This document shows positions 35,761 through 45,138 of a DNA stretch of 64,000 bases, one piece after another. Source of the stretch: an uncultured delta proteobacterium (GTDB lineage: Bacteria > Myxococcota_A > Polyangia > Polyangiales > Houyiibacteriaceae). The stretch lies in the NCBI GenBank assembly GCA_963699755.1, contig CAVOVB010000001.1, positions 1,024,001 through 1,088,000 of the forward strand. The letters run 5' to 3'. The position numbers and the translations under genes are program-made. Under the pieces are notes generated by a model. The model did no database searches, was not told the origin of the DNA, and saw only the letters and a program-made list of their open reading frames with translations. Within the stretch, counting starts at the first letter, position 1, and the number at the start of each line of letters is the position of its first letter.

Positions 35761-37247
35761 CGCCTCCAGAACGCTGGGAGCATGAGCGCGAAGAGCGTGA
35801 AGAACTCGAGTCGTCCGAGAAGCATGGCCATCGAGAAGAAGAACTTGCTACCAGGCGAGTAAGCGGCGAAGTTGTCCGGCCCCACGTGGAAGGGTGCGGG
35901 GCCCATGTTCGACAGGCAAGTCAGCATCGCCCCAAAAGCCGTGGGCGCGGGAACGCCTTCGACCAGGGTCACGAAGATCAGGCCGAAACCGATGCATCCC
36001 ATGTAGATCAGAAAGAAGGACGCGACGTCGGAGAGAACCTGGTTGCTGATCGCGACTTTCCCCATGCGAACCAGCTGCACGCTGGCCGGGCGGAAGCTCT
36101 TTTGGATTTGAGCGATCGCCTGCTTGCCCATCAAGACCGCTCGCTCGACCTTGATGCCGCCGGCCGTCGAACCGGAGCATCCGCCGACGAACATGATGAG
36201 GATCAAGATCGTCAGCGCCGTCGAGCTGTAGGCGCTGTAGTCGTCGGTACCATAGCCCGTGGAGGAGATCGTGGTCGCCACCATGAAGAAGGAGTAGCGA
36301 AAGGAGGTTAGGAGCTCTTCATGCACGCTCAGGTTGAGGATCGTCAGGAAGATGACCGCCGTCACGACGATTGCGAGGTACCAGCGAAACTCGATGTTAC
36401 GGAGCAGCGACCTCCAGTTGCCGGTTCGCAACAGGCCATAGTAGAGCCCGTAGTTCACGCTGCCGATCAGCATGAAGCAGGCGATCACGTACTCGACGGC
36501 GGCGCTGTGGAAGCCGCCTACCGAGCTGTCGAGGGTCGAAAAGCCGCCCGTCGACATGGTCGTGAACGCATGGCAGACCGCGTCGAAGAGGTCGAGGCCC
36601 AAGATCTTGAGAAGCGCGATCTCGATGATGGTGAGGGCGCCGTAGAGCTTCCACAGCGCAAATGACGTCTCGGCGATTCGCGGCCGCAAACCCTCCGCCG
36701 TGGTTCCAGGCACCTCTCCACGAAACAGATGTTTGCCACCTGCGCCGAGGTTCGGGAAGACCGCGACGAACAAGACGACGATGCCCATGCCGCCTAGCCA
36801 TTGAATCAGCGAACGCCAGAGCAGAAGTGGCCGCGACAAGCGCCCCTCGATGTCGGAGATCACCGTTGCGCCGGTAGTCGTCAGGCCGCTGACCGCTTCG
36901 AAAAATGAATCGGAGGCCGACATTCCTGCTCCGAGAACGAACGGAACTGCACCGCAGACCCCAGCCGCGACCCAGATCAAGCTCACCGCGAGCAAGGCCT
37001 CGCGCCGCGATATCCGCTCGGAGACGAAGCGATTCCCATAGAGAAACGCCGTCAGTCCTAGAATTGAGACGATGATTGCCGAGAGCGCCATCGCCGCCGC
37101 GCCGCCTTGCGGTCGGCTTGGGTCTGGCGCGAATTGGTCCCAAAGCATGCCGACACCAGCGCAGAGGGCGATCATCACGCCGATCCCGAGCACGACGGCT
37201 CCGACGGGTCGGATCACGCCACGAAAGTCTCTCGATTGCGTGCTCAC
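35757..37247 (-). CDS. trkH: Trk potassium uptake membrane protein
   Basis: Selectivity-filter motifs TTTGAT, STGGFS, STGYG and SNMGP, plus QWLGGMG and GSTAGGIK. Confidence 0.95.
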   Translation of the reverse strand: MSTQSRDFRGVIRPVGAVVLGIGVMIALCAGVGMLWDQFAPDPSRPQGGAAAMALSAIIVSILGLTAFLYGNRFVSERISRREALLAVSLIWVAAGVCGAVPFVLGAGMSASDSFFEAVSGLTTTGATVISDIEGRLSRPLLLWRSLIQWLGGMGIVVLFVAVFPNLGAGGKHLFRGEVPGTTAEGLRPRIAETSFALWKLYGALTIIEIALLKILGLDLFDAVCHAFTTMSTGGFSTLDSSVGGFHSAAVEYVIACFMLIGSVNYGLYYGLLRTGNWRSLLRNIEFRWYLAIVVTAVIFLTILNLSVHEELLTSFRYSFFMVATTISSTGYGTDDYSAYSSTALTILILIMFVGGCSGSTAGGIKVERAVLMGKQAIAQIQKSFRPASVQLVRMGKVAISNQVLSDVASFFLIYMGCIGFGLIFVTLVEGVPAPTAFGAMLTCLSNMGPAPFHVGPDNFAAYSPGSKFFFSMAMLLGRLEFFTLFALMLPAFWRR

Positions 37248-38584
37248 TCACCCCTCGGCCGGAAGAGACGCTCGACGGTTGCCCGCGCGTCCCTGGTGGT
37301 CATCAGGATCACCCGGTCCCCCGGATGCACGACGTCCTTTCCGTGTGGAATGATCACCTCGTCGCCGTGTACGATTGCCGCCAGCAGCGAGCCGCGGGGC
37401 AGATTCATACGGTGCAAGGGCTTGTTCACCGCGCGGCACTTCGCGCTTGCGGTGAGTTCCACGACCTCCGCTTGGCCGTCCTCGAGCACCGTCAAGCCGT
37501 GAAGGCCCCCACCTCGTGAGAAGCGAAGGATCTGGTCGGAGGCCACGGTGCGCGGCGACAGAACGATGTCGATGCCGAGCTGTCGATATATCGACGCGTA
37601 GTCCGCGCGCTGCACGATCGTGGCGGTTCGCTTGCAGCCTGCACGCTGCGCGAGAAGCGCCGCCATGAGGTTGATCTCGTCCTGCTTGGTGACGGCGGCG
37701 AACAAGTCATAAGTACCGACCTCCTCCTCGTCGAGGAGCGCCCCGTCGGTACCATCGCCATGCACGACCTGGACCCCTTGGAATTCCCCGCTGATCTCTT
37801 CTGCCACCTCGAGATCGCTTTCGATCATCATGATCGTGGCCTGTTGCTGCAGGAGGTCGCGCGCGAGCGCCTTGCCGACCACACCGCCACCAACGATACA
37901 GACTCTGCGTGCTTCGCGTTCCTTGCTGAAGAGTCGCTCGGCGGCGAGTACGCCCTCGGGCCGGCCGATCAGATACACGCGGTCCCCTTTGACCAAGACG
38001 TCGGCGCCGCCAGGGACGAAGAGCTCTCCCTCACGAACCACCGCGCTGACCAGCGTATGTGGTGGCAGCTCGACGGACGAAAGCGGCTTGTTCAGCATTC
38101 GGGATTCGTCGAGGTCGATCTGTACGAGCTCGACTCGATCCTGGGCGAGGTCGATGACGTCCGAGGCGCCGTAAGAGCGAGCGATGCGGCTGAGCTCCTG
38201 TGCGACGAGCACGCGAGGATTGATCACGACGTCGACGCCGAGCAAGCCGTAGCGGATTCCTTCCGTCCATTCGGACCAGGCCGTCCCCTGGACGCGAGCC
38301 ACCACGTGCTTTGCGCCGAGCTGCTTCGCGGCCAGAGCGGCGATCAGATTCATTTCGTCGTGGTCGGTTACCGAAACCACTAGGTCTGCTCGGCCCACGC
38401 CAGCGATCTTCAGCAGGGTTTCGCTCGCGCCGTAGCCGATGATGGAGGCGACATCGTAGTGCTCTTCGGCGTATTGCACCGCCTTGGGGTTCGAATCGAC
38501 AGCGATGATGTCGTGGCCTTCCTTGTCGAGCACGCTCAACAAGTGACGACCCACCTCGCCCAAGCCTATGATGACGATGTTCAA
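37244..38584 (-). CDS. trkA: Trk potassium uptake NAD-binding subunit (two RCK modules)
   Basis: GLGEVG and GGGVVG Rossmann motifs in tandem RCK_N/RCK_C repeats. TTG start overlaps the upstream stop. Confidence 0.93.
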   Translation of the reverse strand: MNIVIIGLGEVGRHLLSVLDKEGHDIIAVDSNPKAVQYAEEHYDVASIIGYGASETLLKIAGVGRADLVVSVTDHDEMNLIAALAAKQLGAKHVVARVQGTAWSEWTEGIRYGLLGVDVVINPRVLVAQELSRIARSYGASDVIDLAQDRVELVQIDLDESRMLNKPLSSVELPPHTLVSAVVREGELFVPGGADVLVKGDRVYLIGRPEGVLAAERLFSKEREARRVCIVGGGVVGKALARDLLQQQATIMMIESDLEVAEEISGEFQGVQVVHGDGTDGALLDEEEVGTYDLFAAVTKQDEINLMAALLAQRAGCKRTATIVQRADYASIYRQLGIDIVLSPRTVASDQILRFSRGGGLHGLTVLEDGQAEVVELTASAKCRAVNKPLHRMNLPRGSLLAAIVHGDEVIIPHGKDVVHPGDRVILMTTRDARATVERLFRPRGE

Positions 38585-39921
38585 GTGGCACCCATCTCAA
38601 TCGTTGTTGGGGAATCGCTATCCTTGAGCTCGCGCTGGATTTCACCTTCATCGGCGAGCAAGCCGCGGAGCAGTCGTGGCCCGACCAGGTCGTTGATGAT
38701 GACCGAGCCCAGCACCACGGAATACGCGACGTTCGCCGCCTCGCCTTGGTAGACGAGGCGAAACGAGACCGCCATCGCCAGCGTGACGTCGCCATGCGCC
38801 AAGAGCCCCCGAAACAGATCTTTGCGCAATGTCGTCCCCCAACCTGCAATCACGCTTGCGATCCACTTCGCGCCCGTGCGGGCGGCGAGGAATCCCGAGA
38901 GCGCGACTAGGGTAGGCGCTAGGGGAGTCGGCTGCCAGAGCGCGCCGGCGAAGACGAGCAGCACAATCGCCATCGGACGTTCGGTCGACTCGAGCGTCGT
39001 GTGCAAGAGCTGGCCGCCTCGCGCGAAATTCACGAGAACGAAGCCCATCGAAAGGTTGACCGCCAAGGGCGACAGCTCGAGGAAGTAGGCGCCGCCTGAA
39101 GCGAAAGCGATGATGCCGACGAGCGCCAGGAAGCGCGAGTTGTCCGATTCGTCGCCAGCCAGGAAGAGCGAAAACAGGAAGCCGAGCGCAGCGCCCAGCA
39201 AGACCGTGACCCAGGCCCAGAGCGAGGGGGAATAGTCCTGCGCTTGAGGCGCATTCTCGTGGAATACGCAGAAGATCAGACCAAAGGCCAATATCACGGC
39301 GATGTCCCCGAGCCGCGTTCCGTTGCGCAGGAGGGAAGTGAGCCTTCCGCTGATCTCGTAGCGTCTAGCCAGAAGGTCGAACGGCTCGGTCGAATCGGCA
39401 GCGGCGAAGCAGGCAAGGGCCGCCGCGCTCAGTGCTGCATCGCGCCGCGTCGTCACGAGCCAGCCGGCCTCGGTGAAGAAGTAGTAGGCACCGAACCCGA
39501 CCGCCAGGCCGGGCAGAAGGTGATGCAGGAAGACTACTCGCCAGGTTGCCGGGTCGAGCTTCTGAAGGCTGGTGAAGTCGAAGTCCGTGCCTCGCAGAAG
39601 TCCGACCCAGCCCGCCGCGAGGGCGATGATGGGAAGCAGACCCGTCAGATTGTCGAACGCGTGAATCGCCGGAAAGGCTGGGCCGAGCAGGAAGCCGAGA
39701 AGGAGGTACTCTGCGCCACTCACGACGAGGAAGCGCCGTTGCAAACGCTCGACGACGTTGTGGGCGAGTACGTACGCAACTCCGATCACGACGACGAGCA
39801 CGACCACCGTGCCAAGCTCGCCCGCGCTACCCTTCGCAGCGGCTCCGCTCGCCGCGTACGCAGCGCTAGGCAGCGCCGCCCAGACGAGCACCACTGCGGT
39901 CAAGATCAGGCTCCCCGCCAT
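38581..39921 (-). CDS. cation:proton antiporter-like membrane protein (CPA superfamily, divergent)
   Basis: About 12-13 TM helices with motifs YLLLGFLLGP, LELSPL, ERP…LLVFAGA and GLLAHG. Confidence 0.75.
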   Translation of the reverse strand: MAGSLILTAVVLVWAALPSAAYAASGAAAKGSAGELGTVVVLVVVIGVAYVLAHNVVERLQRRFLVVSGAEYLLLGFLLGPAFPAIHAFDNLTGLLPIIALAAGWVGLLRGTDFDFTSLQKLDPATWRVVFLHHLLPGLAVGFGAYYFFTEAGWLVTTRRDAALSAAALACFAAADSTEPFDLLARRYEISGRLTSLLRNGTRLGDIAVILAFGLIFCVFHENAPQAQDYSPSLWAWVTVLLGAALGFLFSLFLAGDESDNSRFLALVGIIAFASGGAYFLELSPLAVNLSMGFVLVNFARGGQLLHTTLESTERPMAIVLLVFAGALWQPTPLAPTLVALSGFLAARTGAKWIASVIAGWGTTLRKDLFRGLLAHGDVTLAMAVSFRLVYQGEAANVAYSVVLGSVIINDLVGPRLLRGLLADEGEIQRELKDSDSPTTIEMGAT

Positions 39922-39997
39922 ATCCGCTCAATTGTGAAGAAGAAGCTCTCCGAACGGTAGTTTCAGGCTGGACAGCCGTTCAGCCAGCCCGCGCGTT

Positions 39998-40663
39998 CTA
40001 ACCCCGCAGCCCATCGAGCACGATCGCGATCAAGCTCCTGCTTGTTTCGATCGGGTCCAACTGGACCTGTTTCCGCACGGAGGCCAAAGCGAGCGCCTCC
40101 ACGGCTCCGAGAACCGCCAGCGCGCTCACACGAGGGTCGGAGACCGACACGAAGTCTCGGTCTGCGGCGATCTGGCTCAGGGTCATGGCCTTTTCGTCGA
40201 GATCGTTCGCCAGATCGGAGATCGCCTGCCGTGCCACCGTCGCCGGCGCCCGGCGCTCCTGGAGATAAAGGCACATCGCATCCGGATACATGGCAAGCGC
40301 CCCAACCAATCGATTGCCGAGCTGACCGTATGCCGCGACCGCCTCGTCGCGACCATTCGCCTTGCGGAGTTGCTCCTCGCATGCGTCGATCGCCTCATGC
40401 GTGGTAGTGGCGACCGGGGTGATGACCGCTTCGACGAGATCTGATTTGTCTCGAAAATAGCGGTAGAAATTGCCCTTGGCCATGCCGGCTTCGCGGGCGA
40501 CGTCATCGATCGTCACCGCTTCGATCCCGCGTTCCAGAAAGAGCGAGAGCCCAGCGTCGATCAGGTCCTGGACTCGTTTCCGTCGGTTGAGATCTCGCTT
40601 GCCACCAAATGCGCCGGGTCTTTCAACGGGGCCGGCGCGCCTTGGCCTTCTCTCGTCGTCCAT
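39998..40663 (-). CDS. TetR/AcrR family transcriptional regulator
   Basis: HTH motif LFLERGIEAVTIDDVAREAGMAKGNFYRYFRDKSDL. Confidence 0.93.
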   Translation of the reverse strand: MDDERRPRRAGPVERPGAFGGKRDLNRRKRVQDLIDAGLSLFLERGIEAVTIDDVAREAGMAKGNFYRYFRDKSDLVEAVITPVATTTHEAIDACEEQLRKANGRDEAVAAYGQLGNRLVGALAMYPDAMCLYLQERRAPATVARQAISDLANDLDEKAMTLSQIAADRDFVSVSDPRVSALAVLGAVEALALASVRKQVQLDPIETSRSLIAIVLDGLRG

Positions 40664-40884
40664 CGAGTTGCTCCTCGGGGGTCATGAGCCGCTTCGAGGA
40701 GCGAGTATGGGGCACGCGCGGCCCAGGTAAAGGGTCATTCGCGAAAATATTGCGCCCGAGCGTCCTCGATTTCACAAAATTGCGCCAAATGGGAGAACCC
40801 AACACAATTCGAAGAGTTAGACGCGATTGACAGGGACGGTGCCTCCCTCTAAGAGCTTGGCTTGGGACCACTGGAGCAAACTGG

Positions 40885-41841
40885 ATGACCTTGCCAGCGC
40901 GCAAACCGGATTGGCTTCGCGTGCGGCTCCCAGCAGGGCCGGAGCAGGACGAATTCACTGTTTTGAAGTCCCGGTTCCGCGGAAGGGGTCTTCATACCGT
41001 CTGCGAGGAAGCCCGCTGCCCGAACATCTTTGAATGCTGGGGGCAGGGGACCGCAACGGTGATGATCCTCGGCGAGACCTGCACGAGGGGCTGCCGCTTC
41101 TGCTCCGTTCAGACCGGGAAGCCCGGCGGCGCCGTAGATTCGAACGAACCCGAGAATACGGCGCTCTCGCTCGCCGAGATGGGGCTTGCGTACGTGGTGC
41201 TCACGATGGTCGATCGCGACGACCTCCCCGATGGCGGCGCCGCGCACGTCGCGAAGACGGTTCAGCGCATCAAGCATCATAGCCCTGAGCTTCGCGTCGA
41301 AACCTTGGTCGGAGATTTCCAGGGGCATCACGATGATGTTCGCGTCGTGGTGCAGGAAGGGCGCCCTGATGTCTTCGCGCACAACGTAGAAGTCGTACCG
41401 CGTTTGCAGCGGAGCGTTCGAGACGTGCGTTGTTCTTGGGAACGTTCGGTCGATGCACTGGTCGCCGCCAAAGAGCTCGGCGCTTCGATCACTAAGACCT
41501 CGCTGATGGTGGGCCTCGGAGAGGAATCACGCGAGGTGCTGGACGCCATGCAGCGTTTGCGAGATGCGAACGTCGACGTGCTCACGATCGGTCAGTACTT
41601 GCGACCGACTACACGCCATGCGTCGGTGCATCGATACGTCGAGCCCTCCGAGTTCGACGACTACGAAAAGGCTGGGCTCGACATGGGGTTCCGCTTCGTG
41701 GCCTCGGGCCCGCTCGTTCGCTCGAGCTATCGTGCGGCCGAGGTCTTTCTCACGGGGGCGCTCTCCGTAGGGGCAGAGCATGGCTCGGCGCCCAAAATGA
41801 ATCGCTACGGCAAGAAACGAAAGCTCGACGTGCTCGGCTGA
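40885..41841 (+). CDS. lipA: lipoyl synthase
   Basis: Motifs CEEARCPNIFEC, CTRGCRFC and GPLVRSSYRA. Confidence 0.96.
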   Translation: MTLPARKPDWLRVRLPAGPEQDEFTVLKSRFRGRGLHTVCEEARCPNIFECWGQGTATVMILGETCTRGCRFCSVQTGKPGGAVDSNEPENTALSLAEMGLAYVVLTMVDRDDLPDGGAAHVAKTVQRIKHHSPELRVETLVGDFQGHHDDVRVVVQEGRPDVFAHNVEVVPRLQRSVRDVRCSWERSVDALVAAKELGASITKTSLMVGLGEESREVLDAMQRLRDANVDVLTIGQYLRPTTRHASVHRYVEPSEFDDYEKAGLDMGFRFVASGPLVRSSYRAAEVFLTGALSVGAEHGSAPKMNRYGKKRKLDVLG

Positions 41842-41848
41842 GGGGGAC

Positions 41849-42931
41849 ATGCAGGTCATTCGGGAGGACGGAAGCCTCGATCCAGAGCTCGACCCGGGCT
41901 TGTCGGTCGATCAGCTCGTCGCGCTCTACAAGGCGATGGTTCGAACCCGTATCGTCGATGACCGGCTCGAGAAGGTTCAGCGGCAAGGGCGGATCGCGTT
42001 TCACGTGGGCTCCCTGGGCGAAGAGGCTGCCATCATCGGGGCCGCCGCCGCTCTTCGCGACCGGGATTGGATCGTTCCCTGCTATCGTGAAGTAGGCGCG
42101 CTGCTCTGGCGCGGCTACCCCTTACAGCGGTACGTCGACCACATGTACGGGAACGCGGGCGACCCAGCGCGCGGCCGACAAATGCCGGATCACAGCTTCA
42201 GTCGCGCGCATCGCTATCTCGCGGTGAGCGCCCCGATCGGGACGCAGATCCCGCACGCCGTTGGCGTCGCGATGGCGGCCAAGAAGCGGGGCCTCGATGA
42301 ATGTGTTGGGGTCTTTTTCGGCGACGGAGCCACGAGCTCGAACGATTTCCATGCCGCGATGAATTTCGCCGGAGTGTATCAGTCGCCCGTTCTCTTTCTT
42401 TGTCGCAACAACGGCTATGCGATCAGCTTGCCCGTCGCGCAGCAAACCGCGACCCGAACCCTGGCCGAAAAGGCCGCCGCGTATCGGGTGATGGCGTCTC
42501 GAGTCGATGGAAACGACGTGCTTGCGGTTCTCGCCGCAGCGCGCGAGGGGGTACAGCGCGCCGCAAATGGCGGAGGACCGACCTTCATCGAGCTCCTCAC
42601 GTATCGTGTCGGCGGCCATTCGACCTCCGACGACCCCCGGATCTACAGAAGCGAGGAAGAGGTCGACTCCTGGCGCAAAGCCGATCCCATCGTTCGGCTC
42701 CGCAAGCACATGGAGAAGCGCGGGAGTTGGAACCAAGAGCTCGATGGCGACTGGCGCACGGTTTGCGATCTGGAGGTCAAAGATTGCATCCGGCGCGCCG
42801 AGGAGAAGCCACCACCTCAGCTCGCCGAGATGTTTACCGACGTGTTCGCCGAACAGCCCTGGCACCTCCGCGAGCAGCAAGCGCAATCGGTAAATGGCCC
42901 CCGGGGCGAAGACCAGGAGGACGAGACGTGA
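41849..42931 (+). CDS. 2-oxoacid dehydrogenase E1 alpha, probably branched-chain type
   Basis: RQGRI…GEEA, GRQMP, the TPP motif GDGATS…NN and HSTSDDP. Confidence 0.92.
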   Translation: MQVIREDGSLDPELDPGLSVDQLVALYKAMVRTRIVDDRLEKVQRQGRIAFHVGSLGEEAAIIGAAAALRDRDWIVPCYREVGALLWRGYPLQRYVDHMYGNAGDPARGRQMPDHSFSRAHRYLAVSAPIGTQIPHAVGVAMAAKKRGLDECVGVFFGDGATSSNDFHAAMNFAGVYQSPVLFLCRNNGYAISLPVAQQTATRTLAEKAAAYRVMASRVDGNDVLAVLAAAREGVQRAANGGGPTFIELLTYRVGGHSTSDDPRIYRSEEEVDSWRKADPIVRLRKHMEKRGSWNQELDGDWRTVCDLEVKDCIRRAEEKPPPQLAEMFTDVFAEQPWHLREQQAQSVNGPRGEDQEDET

Positions 42932-43902
42932 CTCAGATGAACCTCGTTCAGGCCATCAACAGCGCGCTGCGGAACGCGCTCCAAGAGGACGAAAACGTCC
43001 TGCTCATGGGCGAGGACGTCGGAACGCTTGGTGGCGTCTTTCGTGTCACTCAAGGCCTACGTGAAGAGTTTGGCGCCGATCGGGTGCTCGACACGCCGCT
43101 TTCGGAAACCGGGATCCTCGGGACGGCGATCGGGATGGCGCTACACGGGCTACGGCCCGTTTCCGAAATCCAGTTCGCGGACTTCATCTACCCGGGTTTC
43201 GATCAGCTCGTCAGCGAGGCAGCGAAGTATCGCTATCGAACGGCAGGTGATTTCCATGTGCCGATGGTCGTGCGCACGCCGTATGGCGGCGGCATTCGTG
43301 GCGGTCAGTATCATTCCCAGTCGCCCGAGGCTTTGTTCATTCACACACCGGGACTGAAGGTCGTCTGCCCGTCGAATCCCTACGACGCCAAGGGGCTCTT
43401 GCTCCAAGCAATTCGCGACGAGGATCCGGTGATCTTCTTCGAACCGAAGCGTGTGTACCGCGCGGTGAAGATGGACGTTCCCGACTCCCAATATCTGGTC
43501 CCTCTCGGCGAAGCGAAGGTCGTCCGGCCTGGCGCGCAGCTCAGCTGCCTCGCTTGGGGAGCAATGCTCTACGAAGCCTTCGCTGCAGCCGAAGAGGTGG
43601 CCAGAGAGGGGGTCGATGTCGAGGTCATCGACCTCAGAACGCTCTGGCCACTCGACATTGGAACGATCTTATCGAGCGTGAGGAAGACTGGCCGGGTGGT
43701 GGTCGTCCATGAAGCGCCTCGGGCGTGCGGCTTTGGAAGTGAGCTCGTGGCGCTCATCACCGAGCGAGCATTCCTTCAGCTCGAGGCCCCACCGCTTCGC
43801 GTGACCGGTTGGGACACGCCCTTCCCTTTGACGCACGAGCGCGAGTATCTTCCCTTAGCGCACCGCATAGCGCCTGCTCTGCTCGAAACGGCGAGGTACT
43901 GA
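42928..43902 (+). CDS. 2-oxoacid dehydrogenase E1 beta
   Basis: Motifs GEDVG..GGVFR, DTPLSE, EIQFADF, HSQSPE and KGLL. GTG 42928 follows GGAGG and overlaps the upstream stop. Confidence 0.92.
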   Translation: MTQMNLVQAINSALRNALQEDENVLLMGEDVGTLGGVFRVTQGLREEFGADRVLDTPLSETGILGTAIGMALHGLRPVSEIQFADFIYPGFDQLVSEAAKYRYRTAGDFHVPMVVRTPYGGGIRGGQYHSQSPEALFIHTPGLKVVCPSNPYDAKGLLLQAIRDEDPVIFFEPKRVYRAVKMDVPDSQYLVPLGEAKVVRPGAQLSCLAWGAMLYEAFAAAEEVAREGVDVEVIDLRTLWPLDIGTILSSVRKTGRVVVVHEAPRACGFGSELVALITERAFLQLEAPPLRVTGWDTPFPLTHEREYLPLAHRIAPALLETARY

Positions 43903-43905
43903 GCA

Positions 43906-45138
43906 ATGCGTAGGGTCGACTTCAAGCTTCCTGACATCGGAGAAGGGGTGACTGAAGGCGAGATCGTCCAATGGTTCGTCGCGGTAGGCGACCGGGTCGC
44001 CGAGGACGACCCGATGGTCGAGGTCATGACCGACAAAGCAACCGTCACGATCGGCGCACCCTGCGACGCATGGGTCGATCAGCTCTGCTTCGATGTGGGT
44101 GCAGTCGCACAGGTGGGACAGGTGATTCTCACTCTGGAAGCTGAAGCGGCATCGGACCTGGGTCTTGCGAAGCGATCTTCGAGGCCGGCGGCTAGCGCGG
44201 TGGGGGAGATTCGGGATGAGGTGCCTGGGGCGGAGCTTTTTCAGACCGGATCCGGCGCAGAGACCGGCGTTGTGGCTGGATACTTTCGAGCCAGGCCTTT
44301 GGCGACGCCAGCTACGCGGCGCCTCGCCAAAGAGCTTGGTGTCGACCTTCGGCGGGTTCGTCCTGGCGCTGCGGAGCCGCGAGTCACGGACGACGACGTG
44401 CGCCTCGCCGCGATTGGCGAGCGAGCGCAGACCTCGCTCGAAGAGCGGCAACCGATCACGGGGATGCGGCGAAAAATCGCCGAGCGTATGCACGAGTCCA
44501 AGACGACGGCCGCGCACTTCACCTTCGTCGAGGAATGTGATGCGTCCCGCCTAGTCGATCTGCGACAGCGACTCTTGCCAGAGGCAACGCGCCGCGGGGT
44601 CTCGCTCACCTTCTTGCCCTTCATCGTCAAGGCGGTTGCAGATGTCTTGCCTCGCCATCCAGTATTGAACGCCGCGGTCGACGAGCGTAGGAACGAGCTG
44701 GTTTACAAGAAGTACTACAACATCGGAGTGGCGACAGCGACCGAGGCGGGACTGATGGTTCCAGTGGTGCAGAACGCGGACCAGCTTCCACTCTTCAAGC
44801 TCGCAAGCCGGATCGGACATCTCGCGCGTTTGGCACGAGACGGAACCATTGCACCCGAAGATCTTCGGGGCTCCACATTCACCGTGACCTCGCTCGGGAA
44901 GCAATCGGGTCTTCTTGCAACGCCCATCCTGAATTACCCGGAGCTCGGCATCCTCGGCGTACATCGTATCAAGGAAACACCGGTCGTTCGCGACGGCGAG
45001 GTGGTTGTTGGCAAAGTCATGTTGCTTTCGCTGTCGCTCGACCACCGCATCGTCGATGGACACGTCGGCGCGGCGTTCGCCTACGACGTCATCGAGATGC
45101 TGGAGAATCCGGACCGCCTACTCCAAGGCGGCCCCTGA
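43906..45138 (+). CDS. dihydrolipoamide acyltransferase E2
   Basis: Lipoyl motif TDKA, peripheral subunit-binding domain ATPATRRLA and catalytic DHRIVDG. Confidence 0.94.
   Translation: MRRVDFKLPDIGEGVTEGEIVQWFVAVGDRVAEDDPMVEVMTDKATVTIGAPCDAWVDQLCFDVGAVAQVGQVILTLEAEAASDLGLAKRSSRPAASAVGEIRDEVPGAELFQTGSGAETGVVAGYFRARPLATPATRRLAKELGVDLRRVRPGAAEPRVTDDDVRLAAIGERAQTSLEERQPITGMRRKIAERMHESKTTAAHFTFVEECDASRLVDLRQRLLPEATRRGVSLTFLPFIVKAVADVLPRHPVLNAAVDERRNELVYKKYYNIGVATATEAGLMVPVVQNADQLPLFKLASRIGHLARLARDGTIAPEDLRGSTFTVTSLGKQSGLLATPILNYPELGILGVHRIKETPVVRDGEVVVGKVMLLSLSLDHRIVDGHVGAAFAYDVIEMLENPDRLLQGGP

Noticed and set aside
42301..42927. Long N-terminal extension of the E1 beta ORF
   Set aside because: It is an Arg-rich alternative frame inside E1 alpha. 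The real start is GTG 42928, after GGAGG.
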